Position numbers and translations under genes: made by a program. Under the pieces are notes generated by a model. It was not told where the DNA came from and ran no database searches. It saw nothing but the letters and a program-made list of their open reading frames with translations. A stretch of 64,000 nucleotides of DNA from Antedon mediterranea (lineage: Eukaryota > Animalia > Echinodermata). Below, piece by piece: positions 10,598-57,848 of this stretch (the first letter of the stretch is position 1; each line of letters opens with the position of its first letter). Location: positions 27,422,871 through 27,486,870 of the forward strand of contig NC_092676.1 of the NCBI RefSeq assembly GCF_964355755.1. Reading direction: 5' to 3'.

Positions 10598-11013
10598 TGT
10601 CACGAACTCCTCTCACGTATGTTTCCGAGCGGTTGAAAATACTTTAGGAACTCCCTTGTGACATAAAAGTATACACACAAAATCCACAAAGTTGTAAAAT
10701 AACTCAAAAACAAAGCTTTAATTTCAATCAACTTCAACTTTCAACAATCCAGTAAGCACTTTAAACAACAGTTTCACAATAACTTTACAATATAATATCC
10801 AACCTCTAATCCAACAACCTTCTTCAAAATAAATGCTTCAATCAAAATCCTTCTCATTATTACATGATTACAGTTTCTATTAATAGCACTTCTGGAATGT
10901 TCTTGATTGTTCTTATTAATTATACATGGTTTATTAAATCAAAACATCTTATTCTAGAATGTTCATGTAAATACTATGTTACTCTATATGTTAGGGAATG
11001 GTAATTTATTACA
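10598..11013 (-). repeat. 5' LTR (416 bp)
   Basis: Matches 7444-7859; followed on the minus strand by the PBS. Confidence 0.96.
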
Positions 11014-11719
11014 GATATAAATAAATATGGTAGTGATATGACATCATTATTGATCCGAATTTTTTAATAAAAACTTTGTTCCTAGTTGAACCTGTCTTGA
11101 GAGAGCTTGTTTGAGTTTCTCCAGATACAAGGCATTAACTATTAATTTAATTCATATTTTGAATTTTGCTTTTTGTAAATAAATAAATGAATGAATATGG
11201 GAACATAAAATGATGTTTTCACATAAAGTTTGATATTGTGGACAGAGCTGAAGTCTCGGGGAGAAAAACATGCAATTTGAATATACATCATTTTAGCTAC
11301 AACATTGAGGCGATCGTTAATTTTTGTTGCGTTATATGCATACATTTACACATTTTATGATTTTAATTTCCTTTATACAACTCCCTGGTACAGTTAATAG
11401 GTCAATTTGAATCACGAACCCCTTGATTGACAAAAGTAAATCAAAGCAAGGAAACTATTGCTATACGGCTTGTTTTCATTAAGCGGATATCAGGCAAGAG
11501 CTTCACTCTTCCCTGGCGGATATTATGTTGTTTTTTTTTCAAAGAATATTTTGTAATGAGCTAATGGATAGGAAACAGCCTTACACACGATCTTGCAATA
11601 GTTGTCTTTAGTCTATTATTCTATAGTGTTATTATAGTGTTATCATCATCTTATAGAGCCACAGTAATTAGTTCTGTCAAAAAATCTTTAAGTGATAAAC
11701 ACAATATTTCGGTATATCT

Positions 11720-12200
11720 TTATTAAACAAAAAAGTCAATGACACAAACAGCCGATGGCTGAAACCGTAGTCGTACATTATAAAATAAATATACAATCAT
11801 AATAAAAACATCAAAATAACATTACAAAACATAAACTTCGTTTAACAGTCTAGCTATAGTAGGAACAGGTGATTTCTTAAATCGCTCAGTTCTGCCAAAC
11901 GGAATACGAAGGAGGGGGCGAGACCGAAGGCGGACACCAAGTTCGCGACAATGAGGGAGCAGTCCCTAGTATTATTCGAAGAGCTCGTTTCTGGATTCTC
12001 TCAATCGCACGAGACTTCTCCCCAGTTAGGTAACCATGCCACACAGGACAAGCATATTCTAACAAAGGTCTAATATAAGCTAAGTAAACATTAATAAGGT
12101 CATTCATTGGTGCATTGGCCTTTTTTTAGAATGCATAATGTGAACAATTTTCTCGAAGCCCTACGTACGATATCATTAACATGAAGATTCCATCTTAAGT
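11720..12200 (-). mobile_element. 5'-truncated, degenerate LINE (CR1/L2 group) 3' fragment
   Basis: DLINVYLAYIRPLLEYACPVWH...IERIQKRALRIILG resembles the post-RT region of CR1/L2 ORF2; frameshifts; AATAAA near 11720. Confidence 0.85.
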
Positions 12201-12627
12201 TATATCACTACCATATTTGGGCACATCACACTTTGTGAAAATTTTTTTTAATCGAAATGCTAAAAAAATAATGCAAAAATAAGCTATTCTAAGCAGTTTG
12301 AGGTATTCAACTCGATAAATTAAAAAGGTTTTCTTGTAGTTTAATCTTGTTTCAAGAATAATAGAACTAAGCAATTGAACACAACCATGGGTTTAATACA
12401 ATGCTGAACAACAAACCTAATTAGAGTAGAATCAGTTTTTATATTAAAAAAAGAAACGAGTGCATAATAATAGATGTAGGATCATAATAAAAAGGTAATT
12501 ATACTATTCGTTTAATACATTGTCATGATTAAACTAATAAAAACAGTGTTAGGCAATAATAGTCGTTTTTTAACAAGAGATAGTACAGTGTCATTTTACA
12601 CAGAATCGATTATTATTATATTCACTG

Positions 12628-12859
12628 TACTCTTCTACATTATCCAACTTTATATTGTGACAAAAAAATGTGATGTGCCCATATATGGACAGGATGACGT
12701 CACATCACTACCATATTTGGGCATATCACTACCATATTTGGGCATATCACTACCATATTTGGGCATATCACTACCATATTTGGGCATATCACTACCATAT
12801 TTGGGCATATTACACTTTTTTTGGTCAAGATTATATAGTTTGATAGTGTAGATAGAGCT
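12628..12859. mobile_element. MITE family A copy with about 5 internal 21-bp repeats (atatcactaccatatttgggc)
   Basis: Ends agtttgatagtgtagatagagct|tta; shares the core gatgtgcccatatatggac with other copies. Confidence 0.85.
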
Positions 12860-13651
12860 TTAGTAATATCCGAACCAAATGTATTCCTTTGTGAATAGAA
12901 GACCAGTCAATATTGCAGACGCATTTGCATGTGGAAATTGAGTATACATTTTAAAATAAATTTAAATTAATAAATTACTTTAAAACGCTGCTTTGCTTTG
13001 TTGATAATTACATATGAATATTGGAGGAACTCCATACATAGTTTTAAGAACAGAATTCATGACAGTTGCAATAGTTTGATTCAAACCATCGTACTTCCAC
13101 AATCCAACCTACATCGGCGTTGGTGCAAATTTGTATTTAGGATATTGTAGGTTGGTTTTGCGGAAGTTGCTTATCTTGTTAATTTTTTAATGAAATTGTT
13201 TTCCTTTTTTGTTTTTTTTTAATGATTTGTATATGGATGTACTATCCGAAATAAAGAAAATAAATGAATGAATGAATACGGTATATTATATTGATTCTTG
13301 TAATGTTCTTGTTTGTATATTTAAAAAAATAAATAAATGAACTTTATTCAATCAATCGTCCTTTTTTTTATAATGGTAACCATAATGAGGTATGATATTA
13401 CAGTAGATTTTTACACAAAACAATATAAATATTAGGAATATTAGGAAAATATTAAATGAAAAATTGTTTTGACTTTGATAGAACGACAAATTAAATAAAT
13501 AACAAGCCTGCATATGAATATATTGATGGGTGATCTGAAAAAATTAATTGGGTTGCGTGAATGAATAATGCTCGCTATATATCATATTCGAAATTAAACG
13601 CACATTATTCGAATAATTAGTGGTTATAATGTGATTATAATGTAAGCCTAC

Positions 13652-13900
13652 CTGAGTAACCACTTAAAGTAGAGCCATCCACCCACACATACGTGCCCTC
13701 TGTGGCTATGTCACTTAGACCAATCCACATCTTGTTAGAGTCTACAGATAATCTAATCGCATCGATAGCAGACTGTTCTTGTGCAGAATCGATGATGAGC
13801 AAGTGTTGTCCACTTGCCTGGCACGACGAATTGTGTGATTCCCAATTCATATAGTTCAGGTTTGTGTAGTAGCAGCTATCGTTGTAACTGTATGTACAAT
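13652..13900 (-). CDS. C-type lectin domain 3, first half
   Basis: taacag acceptor, gtagg donor; CTYSYNDSCYY...W...C...MWIGLSDIATEGTYVWVDG. Confidence 0.9.
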
Positions 13901-16900
13901 CTGTTATATTTTACGAATACCATAATTAAGACCAATTAATGATAAAATAGTGATTTCGGCTTCGCCAAGAAGGCAAACATCACAATAATATGACTGGACA
14001 TTTAGCTCACGTGAGTAGCAACAACATCCTGCAGTGTTAGTGCTAAGATTCCATTTTCGTTAATAATAATATTAAATTTACACGTTTACATTTAAACTAC
14101 GACGCTCAAAGGAGAAACAGAAGTACAGACTTACCCAACTTAAATTCGCGATCTCAAATCTTGGTAAACGCATGGACTAGCGTAATTACCAAATAAGCCA
14201 ATTGCAAATCATATTTTTTTATTATTTTATAATGGTTTAAAAAAAAAACCCAAAATATATATTTCATTACAATTTGTATTATGGAGAAAGGAACACATTA
14301 CCAATGACATGTCACTGGAAGTGGATATCTTCCTACTCACCTATTCCACACAATGCTTGAAGTGGTGTCGTACATTCGGTAGTGTTTAACCCCTGATTAC
14401 TTATATACAAGCAGTCACTTGAACCTAAAGAAATACACCATCGGTTAGTTGATAATTCATTTAAAGATTAGGTCTACTTTTTAAAAATGCTAAAATATCT
14501 GTATTACCTTCATTACCAATCCAGAGTTTGTCGTCATCTTCTAGACGGCTTTTAAAATAGTCAATTTGCGACGTGTCATTGGTGACGTTCGGTAAGTTCC
14601 CGTTTATACTACCACATGAGAATTCCTGGCTGGTCCAAGTCTTTGGTTCGGACAAGAGTAGATAACACGTTGTATTCCAGACAAAATAGCAATCTGAAAT
14701 AGGAAGTAGGCCTGTTTGTGAGTAATTGGACATGGCCTACGTAGTTGTTCAATCATCATAAACAATAATTGTTATTCATATCATCATAAGATGGAGAGGA
14801 TGAGAAAGTCTTTCGTTTCTTTGATTGTGCATTGTAGGATATATATTAACTGAAGTAATATATGATGTTGTCGTTATCGAGGATATGGGCCTCTGAGTGG
14901 AAGCATAAAAAGGCATTGTTTTCGGAGGCACATTTAAACGGTTTTTGATACACGCGCGTAACTTTTTGGCGGTAATGCCTACACTTACTTCGTTCACACA
15001 TAGCTTGCAATGACGCATGGCATGGCAGATCGTTCCAGTTTGTATCTGACGAGTATGCGTACATCTCGATACAATTTTCTCCACTACCACCCCATATCCA
15101 TCCATTGTCGGGTTGAGCATCAGCGAAATCTAAAATTGTAAAAACAAACCCAAACAATGTTAGCCTCTCGTAAAGTTAGGTGTATCTTGTTGGTCAAATT
15201 ACTTGCGCTGCACGTCTGTTCTTACGTTATGTTCAGTGGGAGCCAAGTTGCAGGGCTCTGAGATTCGGTCGGTTGTACGTGCCACTCGATGCACGTAAGG
15301 ACCTACGCGCAATTTACGTGACAAATTGGATGAACTGTTTTTTAATTAGTCAACTTACGTTGCGCTTACGTTTAGCTTTTTACAGATGTTCATTAACTTA
15401 CCACTATACGTTGGACTCGTCATGTTGTTTGACCATAAGAAATCTCCTTCGTTAATCTGGTCGTTAAGCCCAATCCAGATGTTAGATGTACTAACGCTAA
15501 AATGCGTATTGATTGCGCCTACGATGATATCGCGTTCTTCTTCTGAGTTGACCTCTAACATATGTCTTTCTTCAATAATTCTGCATTCGTCGTACTGATC
15601 TTCCCATGGTAATGATCTCTGTACGACTGTATAACAACGCCCAAGACGTTTAAAATCACACTCTGGAAAGAAAACCGGAGTTTGGCCACCATTATGAACC
15701 AAATTGGCGGATTTGTTTGACGGTGACACTTCGTGAGTAAACAACCACGCGTAGAAAACACCCTTTATGTACGCGCCCTCTCTCACATTGTTTTCCCTTT
15801 CAGTAAATTAATATTTGATATTAACATCACGTCCCTCGTAACAGAGAACAATAAGGTAATCTTCGTAAATAGTGATGACAATTTCAAATAAGAGAGAGAG
15901 AGAGAGAGACATTATACATGACCGGACCTCACTATGACGGATTTGCATATTGTTCAAAGTTTGCAGGCGCTAAAATAATTATATGGAATAACTTCCAACT
16001 GAAATTATTAAATATTACCCAACAATATCGCTTCATTCAAAGCTAGATATCGATCTCATTTTTCTTCACAAAAATAAAAATTTTTCGCCCCCCTGATTTT
16101 TTGTATTTAAGACAGGAACACAATGCAAAACAGGTTTTCTTTTACCTGATTGTGTAATCGATCCTTTATAAAGATGTTTAAAAAATGAATGTTTTTTAAA
16201 CTCTAACCTGCCATCCTGGAGTCGATTCTCGGTCGACCTAAGCCGTACTATTATTATATTTCTACAAATTGTCTAGTACAATTTAGAAGACAAATTCCAT
16301 TATAGGTCCAGGCCTCGTCACGTGTCCCAGCCAGCCGCTAAAGCTTGGTTCCCACTTGGACGCAACGCAACTACGTAACGCAACGTTAGTGATTTGACCA
16401 ATCTCAATCGGTGGATTGTTCCAACAGTCGCTTGTCATTGGTCAACTCGGTTGCTTTGCGTCGACGTCCTTGCATCCTTGTGGGAACCCAGCTTTAATTT
16501 AGATAACCTTCATAGTACAGACAGTACACGAGTGACTAAATCCCCCCCCCCCACCCCACCACCCATAATGAAAATACAATACAAATAACGCTCAGATATT
16601 AGAGCTGTTGATGAAAAAGTAAACTATACCGGTACTTGGCTAAACGTGGAATTGCCTTTTAAGAGTTATCTTAACGCACAAGATGTTTTCATTTCTTGTT
16701 CATTGTTTTGATTGACAGGAAAATGAAATTGGTTTAATATTTTAAAATGTACAATCCGTTTGAGTGGCTTTGTATGTTGTAACGATTGTCTTGGTTTAGT
16801 GTTGTGTTTATATATGTTCTATGAACGCATTTACAAGTAGAAAGGACAACACATCAGTGACCTTGTTTTCTTGTATATCACACAATATCATCTCATCTCA

Positions 16901-17022
16901 TCTCATTATTTAATTTGTTAGGTGGATATCTTTGTTGTTTTTGTTTGTTGCTTTTTATTTTAATTTTTTATTTGATTATGTTTTTCCTTTGTAATGTATT
17001 ATATGATGAAATAAAAAATAAT

Positions 17023-17053
<31 letters not shown>

Positions 17054-17985
17054 CATCTCATCGTTTCATTAATTTTGTGACAGGAATGTAATTTTTTTAT
17101 AATTTTAAATTTATTTTAAGGGATATAGGCAAGCATTTTAGTTTAAGATACAGAGCAAGTGAGGATCAACATCATGTGAGTGAAATGGCCGAGCGGTTAA
17201 ATCAAGGACGCCGTTTACCGTACCTAAAAGAGCCAACAAGGGTTCGAAGCCGACTTGCTCCTAGTTCTGGTGGTGGAACAAGTCTTCTCGGATAAGGACT
17301 ATAAACCGTAGGTCCAGTGTACACAGTTATAACCCGTGTGCACTTTAAAAAATCATTCACGACGAGTAGGGGTTACCCAAGTGAACTGGTTCACAAAATT
17401 TCCCCTGCATCAGAGGGTTGTCACCTACCCTGATAGGACAGTGATTAATTTACTATTGGTAATCCTTGTGCCTAAATATAAAATAAAACCCACAAACATA
17501 ATATTATTTTAACATAAGTACAAATAAACGTAGTGTTTGGATCAGGAAGCCCTTAAGAACGAAGCGCACGAAATCTTATAGGCCTAGAATGCGCGTGTTT
17601 TATAAAAAGCGTCTCCCAACAGGACACTACATTTTATATTGTACCTTGCACCATACAAAACTGAAAAGTATATAAAGCTAAAACTATAGGATAATCTTTA
17701 TATTGTCTATGATGAAAATGGATATTATAGAGTATTCAATCCAATCAATTGACGTCATTATAAAAAAAAACAGTGACATTAATACAACACAACAATTAAA
17801 TTGATTATGACATTTTTGATTCAATTTGTGAATGTCATTTTCATCAAAGATACGATAAACAGTTAATTACAACTTTTTGTTTGTTTTCTGTAGAAAAAAA
17901 TATCTCTTTATTAACACTTACCAGCACATGAGAAATATATCCAACATATTTGAACAATTAAAACAACTGCCTCCGCATGAAACAT
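13652..17985 (-). CDS. Signal peptide plus tandem C-type lectin domains (two complete, one half); probably the N-terminus of the adhesion GPCR
   Basis: Phase-1 exons: 17922-17985 (MFHAEAVVLIVQICWIYFSCA), 15402-15662, 14989-15129, 14508-14693, 14341-14424, 13652-13900; WIGL, QPD and WND motifs and conserved cysteines. Confidence 0.88.
14341..14424 (-). CDS. C-type lectin domain 2, second half (compact, lacks long loop): GSSDCLYISNQGLNTTECTTPLQALCGI
   Basis: ctttag acceptor, gtgagt donor, phase 1 to 1, three cysteines in CTLD spacing. Confidence 0.82.
14508..14693 (-). CDS. C-type lectin domain 2, first half
   Basis: tttcag acceptor, gtaat donor; CYFVWNTTCYLL...KTW...C...LWIG. Confidence 0.88.
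14989..15129 (-). CDS. C-type lectin domain 1, second half (QPD...WND)
   Basis: ttttag acceptor, gtaagt donor; QPDN...ENC...WNDLPC...MCE. Confidence 0.92.
15402..15662 (-). CDS. C-type lectin domain 1, first half
   Basis: ttccag acceptor, gtaagt donor; CYTVVQRSLPW...IWIGLNDQINEGDFLW. Confidence 0.92.
16342..16493. mobile_element. MITE family B copy
   Basis: agcttggttcccacttggacgcaacgcaa...ttgtgggaacccagct. Confidence 0.78.
17177..17490 (+). mobile_element. tRNA-derived SINE with a Deu/Nin-type central domain
   Basis: A box tggccgagcgg, B box ggttcgaagcc, then tctcggataaggactataaaccgtaggtcc...gcac...gagtagggg, resembling the Deu/Nin SINE core; A-rich tail. Confidence 0.8.
17922..17985 (-). 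CDS. First coding exon, signal peptide MFHAEAVVLIVQICWIYFSCA(G)
   Basis: ATG at 17985, hydrophobic stretch, G|gtaagt donor, phase 1. Confidence 0.78.
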
Positions 17986-17999
17986 CTTCAAGAAGAATA

Positions 18000-19299
18000 T
18001 TTGGTGCCAATTCTATAGTAGCTGTGTACAGTGTGCGCGTCGTATCACTTATTTGCGCGTTCTGAATTCGATCGTTGTCTGCTAAGTAATCAGATTATTA
18101 CACTGTATACTGCCATCATCCACCATCCATCAGTTGCTCATATTGGATTCGATCAAATTATAGCGTGAATATGTGTGCCACAAAATGAACACGCTATTCA
18201 AAAAAAGAGTTGAAGCATAATGGATGAAAAAGTCACTAGAATAATTAGGCTAACGAATGTAATTTTGATATTACTGCTGTGTGTAATTAAACATTTTAAG
18301 ATATGACATATTTTTGATAGTAAATTTAAACTTGTGTATCGCTCTTGATAATTGCTGCAGAAAAAACCCAATGGTTCAATGGATGGATACGGTCAATGAC
18401 TTACGTAATAATGAAAACAATGCGTCAACATTAATGAGATGACGAAAACGGAAAAAGGTCTCTGTAAAGGTTTTTTTTAAACTAGGCATTTGAGGACCAG
18501 TAAAATTACATTTTTAATGGCCATCCGCTCCTTATACTGGTCACCGTAATATTGGGCCTATGGAGGCCTTCAATTAATTTATCTTAGAAAAAATAAAAAT
18601 GAGGAACAGACAATCGATTGGTTACCCAGGTGTGAAATATCGTTAATTATTGATACAGTATTTCGTACTCATGGTTTTATTAAAATTTTAACTGGTCCGC
18701 CACACATTTAAAAACCGGCCATTGGCTGGCGGACCCGGTCGTGTGTACATTGCGAAGATGGCCGATTAGGCCTACATTAAAAGTGATAATAAATGAAGAT
18801 GATCAATTGAAAACGTATTGATAACCATGAGGATTAGGACGATATAATATGACGACAAGGAGAACATTGCACGAAACTTAAAGTAGGTAGGCCTTCACAA
18901 CGCGCGCGCTTTTGTTTAGATGGCCTCTGGTGGTAGGCCTACTCTACATGCTTTTTTTTTTACTGAGTTCATGCCTCTAATCGTCTTTTCAATAAAATGA
19001 GTCACGTTCTATAATTAATCGAAATTCAAGTATAACGTTGTTTAGAGGTGTTTGTTTTTGGAAACAGCTTGGATGTATTCGGACGGTTGATTTTTTTGTA
19101 ATACATATTTACACAATTCCCGTGTTAAATTTATCAAGTTATTATATCATTTTTGTAATAGCGCCCTCTTTTTAAAACTTATTTCTACTACTAACACTAC
19201 CACTGCTCAGTTGTTGTGGACGGAAGTGGATTTTTAGCAAGGTGGGTGGTGTGGTAGTAGTCTTAAATTTGGTTCTTCAATTTCTGTATTCAAGTTATT
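18000..19299. promoter_or_regulatory. Divergent promoter region between the lectin/aGPCR gene (-) and CD2AP (+)
   Basis: Start codons 1.3 kb apart, head to head; ETS-like cggaagtg (19221), CTCF-like tagcgccctct (19159), locally CpG-rich. Confidence 0.6.
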
Positions 19300-55933
<36,634 letters not shown>

Positions 55934-56384
55934 TAATAATATAAATAATAAACTCATTTCTACATTCATTTCGTAAATATTAATATATTATGGACCATTA
56001 TTTTGATTATCCCAGATAATTTTCCTTCCATTGCTTGAAATACAAATAAATATATAATCATTTATACTCAGTATAAATCAAATTTTAATTATGTCGCAAA
56101 CAAATTTTAATTTTTGTTTTATTATTTAAGAATACATTGAGGATTTTTTTTTATATGTAGATATTAAATGTATGAATTCATCTATTAGTTTATAGATGTA
56201 CATATTTTGGTTTTTAAATACCTTATTAGATTTTGGTTTGATTTTTTTAAATACCTTATTAGGGTTGTTGAATACCATATTAGGGCTGTTAAATACCTTA
56301 TTAAGGTTTTTAAATATCTTTAGATACATGAAAGAGCTGTGGTGCCCGTAAAAGCTAAGAGATTTTGCCAGTTGTTGAGTGTAC

Positions 56385-56565
56385 AATATAATTTGTCTCT
56401 CCTATCAGGGATATGCTATGTCATTTATTACCTATATAGGTATTGTTACGGATACAATATATTGTGTCTCTTGTCTGGGATATGCTATGTCATTTATTAC
56501 CTATATAGGTATTGTTACGGATACGATATATTGTGTCTCTTGTCTGGGATATGCTATGCCATTAC
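56385..56565. repeat. About 66-bp tandem repeat (about 2.7 copies) in the probable CD2AP 3' UTR
   Basis: gggatatgctatgtcatttattacctatataggtattgttacggatac repeated. Confidence 0.85.
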
Positions 56566-57282
56566 CTGTAAGGGCCAAGGCATATTGTGGATTGCTGGGG
56601 CTACAATATATTGTGGCCTGTTAGTTAAATGTTGTTGCCTTCTAGGACTGTGGCTAATTGCTAGAGATATATGTTGCTGCCTGTTATATTGCGGCCTTCA
56701 GGGTTACGATAAAGTACCAGTCTGTATAGCACTGCATATGGTACAAACTTAACTCATTATTCTCATTTTGTAATGACTAATAATAAACTAATAATTAGTT
56801 TAATAATCAGGTTCTTGGTGACAAGAAAACCAAAGCATGAGTAATTTCATAAAATATTTTTGTATATATTGTAAATGACTATAGAACAGCTTTTTATTGT
56901 GTAACTATGGGGTTGAGTTTCTATGACGACAAAAGCTTTATATTCTTCAATAAACTGTCACCTTGGTTACCAGAGTATATTTAATCTATAAAGACAATCA
57001 ATTTATACATGTGTATTATATGCCAATCGGAAAGTACAGTAGTAAGTATAGACTAACTTTTTTTCAGTCTAATTTGTGTTCTTTAAAATATCTTTGTACA
57101 TGGTTATTTTTTTTATACAAATTTCCAAAATAAAAACCTCAGTTTTGGAGTTTTTACAGAATTTTTCCTTTTCCTGTTTTTTATTTCAAAATATTTTGAT
57201 TCAAACTTTGACCACAAATTCATTTGTATTAAATATTACTGACCCCTATTTAGAATCATCTATATTTAATGATTTATTGCAC

Positions 57283-57417
57283 CTCTGTCCACACTATCAA
57301 AAAAGTGCAATGTGCCTAAAATGGTAGTGATATGCTTAGATTTGGTAGTGATATGACATCATCATGTCCATATATGGGCACATCACATTTTTTTGTCATA
57401 ACAAGTTTGACAGAGCT
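57283..57417. mobile_element. MITE family A copy, degenerate
   Basis: ctctgtccacactatcaaa...gtccatatatgggcacatcac...gacagagct. Confidence 0.75.
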
Positions 57418-57655
57418 TTACATAAATGGTCCTTAATTAGAGAGATAAATATTCTCAATATTTCCTAGAATAGAATTATATATTTAATATTACAGTTGAA
57501 CAAATGAAATAGAATTATTAAAAACAAATGTAATAAATAATTTTATATATCAAATCTTTATAAGAAAAAAAAACATGTATCAGTACTTGGGGAATTTATA
57601 GATAGTTTTGTGATTGTCTTTTCATTTGATGGTGAAGTCCTACCGTCTTGACTAA

Positions 57656-57848
57656 AGGCCAATTTACACATACTGTGAACAGTAATTGGAAAAAATAGAA
57701 TCTATGTTAATTTGTATGACCATTTTACACAAAACGCGGAGTAGGCGGGCGGTTGAGCAAAAACCTGCTCAGGATAGATACAGAATCTACGTAGGACAAG
57801 CACGCAGTTTATCGCTTACCATTACCGATCGTCTATGTAAATTGGCCT
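57656..57848. mobile_element. MITE family C copy (TAA TSD)
   Basis: taa|aggccaatttacaca...tatgtaaattggcct|taa. Confidence 0.8.

Larger units (their letters stand above)
7444..11013 (-). mobile_element. Ty3/Gypsy Gmr1-type LTR retrotransposon, non-autonomous (no RT/RNase H), very recent insertion
   Basis: Two 416-bp TG...CA LTRs (7444-7859, 10598-11013) identical by eye; 5-bp TSD GATAT (7439-7443, 11014-11018); tRNA-Leu-type PBS; PPT; inserted into a family A MITE. Confidence 0.96.

Noticed and set aside
12525-12851. ORF with SLPYLGI repeats (and similar ORFs at 37254, 51094, 53506)
   Set aside because: Translation of the 21-bp internal repeat of MITE family A.
17177-17260. Possible tRNA gene
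   Set aside because: A and B boxes are present but there is no convincing cloverleaf, and the sequence continues into a SINE core and tail.
56126-56752. ORFs downstream of the CD2AP stop
   Set aside because: They arise from 21-bp and 66-bp tandem repeats in the probable 3' UTR and contain no recognisable domain.
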